Shown piece after piece: positions 62,877 through 64,000 of a stretch of 64,000 nt of DNA. The stretch comes from an uncultured Alistipes sp. (lineage in GTDB: Bacteria > Bacillota > Clostridia > Oscillospirales > Ruminococcaceae), in NCBI GenBank assembly GCA_964460175.1, contig CAYWPN010000002.1, positions 127,145 through 191,144 on the forward strand. The letters are read 5' to 3'. Position numbers and translations under genes: made by a program. Under the pieces are notes generated by a model. That model saw only the letters and a list, made by a program, of their open reading frames with translations. It was not told where the DNA came from and made no database searches. Each line of letters opens with the position of its first letter. Position 1 is the first letter of the stretch.

Positions 62877-64000
62877 TCAGAATGTTCTGGTAAGTGCCTC
62901 TGCCTTTTCGAGATTTCTCGATGCAGGAATTGAGGCAAGTATTGCTATGATTATGTTCACGCCGATTGATGTAAGCAGTCCGAGTGCCATTGATACGAGC
63001 ATAACGGGCTGTACTCCGTTTGCGGTCATAAGTACGAAAAATGCGCCGATTGCAGCTATTATTCCCACACTTGAAGCAGTTGCGGAATACATCACGCTTT
63101 CAAGGATTACAGTCTTGCGAAGCTGTTGTCTGCTCATGCCCACACTTCTCAGCATCATAAGTTCACGGCTTCTGTTCAGTACGCTTGTGTTTATTGAATT
63201 AACCATTGAAAGTACACCGACAAGCCATATCGCTGATATAAAAGTAATCGCAATTTTTACAATCGCCTTGATAAATTCGCTTAAACCTGTGTTAGTCATA
63301 TAGGAATTGCGATAAAACATGGGATTGTTTTCCGCAACAAATTCACTATATACCTTTTCGGCTTCGACATAATTTTCCTGTCCGTTTACCGTCGCTTCAA
63401 CGTTTAAAACCATATCAAGCTTTTCTGCAATATCACTCTCAATAGGAATTATCAGGCACGGAAAAATATGAAACTCATTGCACGCAACGCCGATAATGTT
63501 AACTTCAATATCCTTATGAAGAACAAGCGGAATATTCGTTTCCTGATAGCTGTCTTCGTACTGTCTTACAACATCGCCGTTTTCGTCAAAATCAAAATTT
63601 TTTGCGCCATAGCAGGAAATATTGTAAATCGCACCGCCCGACTGCACAAACTCATCATAAGTCATGCCTGAAGTTTCCGCAATATACTTATCAAAGTCGT
63701 TTCTGCTGATACTTTTTACCGTTAAAATATCATGCAAAGTCATTTTATACGGGAAAAGTTCTTCAAGTTTTTCCTTGTCAAACTCATATACGCCATCTGA
63801 ATAGCTATTGCTTATATCTTCTATTTCATATTTTTTGAAAAGTTCCTCATTGCCGAAAGTTTCTTCCACTTCATTAAGCATATTAACAGGAATTTGACCT
63901 ATGCTGAAATCACGCAGGTTATCATTATCAATAATTTTATCCATATTGCCGTACAGAAACAGCCCGAGCATAAGCGAGAACGTGAAGAACATAGTACCGA
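62877..64000 (-). CDS. ABC transporter permease, FtsX/MacB-like (C-terminal part; the 5' end lies beyond the right window edge)
   Basis: C-terminal FtsX domain (ELMMLRSVGMSRQQLRKTVILESVMYS plus 3 further TM helices). The reading frame stays open upstream of the first Met (63992) to the window edge. Confidence 0.8.
   Translation of the reverse strand, partial: GTMFFTFSLMLGLFLYGNMDKIIDNDNLRDFSIGQIPVNMLNEVEETFGNEELFKKYEIEDISNSYSDGVYEFDKEKLEELFPYKMTLHDILTVKSISRNDFDKYIAETSGMTYDEFVQSGGAIYNISCYGAKNFDFDENGDVVRQYEDSYQETNIPLVLHKDIEVNIIGVACNEFHIFPCLIIPIESDIAEKLDMVLNVEATVNGQENYVEAEKVYSEFVAENNPMFYRNSYMTNTGLSEFIKAIVKIAITFISAIWLVGVLSMVNSINTSVLNRSRELMMLRSVGMSRQQLRKTVILESVMYSATASSVGIIAAIGAFFVLMTANGVQPVMLVSMALGLLTSIGVNIIIAILASIPASRNLEKAEALTRTF

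Noticed and set aside
1-64000. CRISPR arrays, tRNA/rRNA genes, IS elements, integrases and prophage genes
   Set aside because: Intergenic regions are short and AT-rich with no spaced direct repeats. No tRNA-like GGTTCGAATCC-type T-arm was noticed by eye, and no transposase- or integrase-like ORF appears in the track. This was a scan by eye and is not exhaustive.
63990-64000. Treating Met at 63992 as the true start of the FtsX-like permease
   Set aside because: The frame stays open to the window edge, and FtsX/MacB-type permeases have an N-terminal TM helix and an extracellular domain that are not all accounted for here. The gene is reported as 5'-truncated instead.

Overview
A chromosomal segment from a low-GC Firmicute. 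Four dockerin-bearing proteins, a GH9 cellulase and cell-wall-binding-repeat proteins point to a cellulosome-producing Ruminococcus-like clostridium; this taxon call is inference from gene content only. About 54 protein genes are present and almost all are on the minus strand. By eye I found no rRNA, tRNA, CRISPR array, transposase, integrase or prophage gene. From left to right: a GGGtGRT/NifU-like pair, hpf, and an FHA-RodA-PBP cell-wall operon. Next comes a plus-strand type IIA topoisomerase operon (parE-like and parC-like) with a membrane protein wedged between the subunits, then plsC and hpt-ldh plus a transglutaminase lipoprotein. An orphan 54-aa ORF and a roughly 200-nt candidate sRNA follow. 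After them lies a four-gene multistep phosphorelay (1527-aa GAF/PAS hybrid kinase, REC-HPt, REC-AraC, REC-kinase), then nnr. A large surface and cellulosome block follows: DUF3810, a Big_2-dockerin protein, an M16 peptidase, a dockerin protein, a DHHW/MBOAT O-acylation pair, lipoproteins, a cell-wall-binding-repeat transglutaminase-like protein, AraC, and a CBM4-Ig-GH9-dockerin-GH16 enzyme. The rest holds PAP2, pfk, an AT-rich XRE/membrane/CPBP/DUF4274 islet, a second PBP, a GHL10 lipoprotein, uvrB-NADAR-uvrA, galE, a CapD-like gene and a partial FtsX permease. The best candidate for an undescribed system is at 52377-54301. There a radical SAM/SPASM enzyme is translationally coupled to a secreted, cysteine-free dockerin protein built from VYGP-containing tandem repeats. 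Other leads are the NADAR gene embedded in the uvrBA operon, the membrane protein coupled inside the topoisomerase operon, the sRNA candidate, and phased operator repeats at the XRE promoter. All family assignments come from motif recognition and memory; no searches were run.
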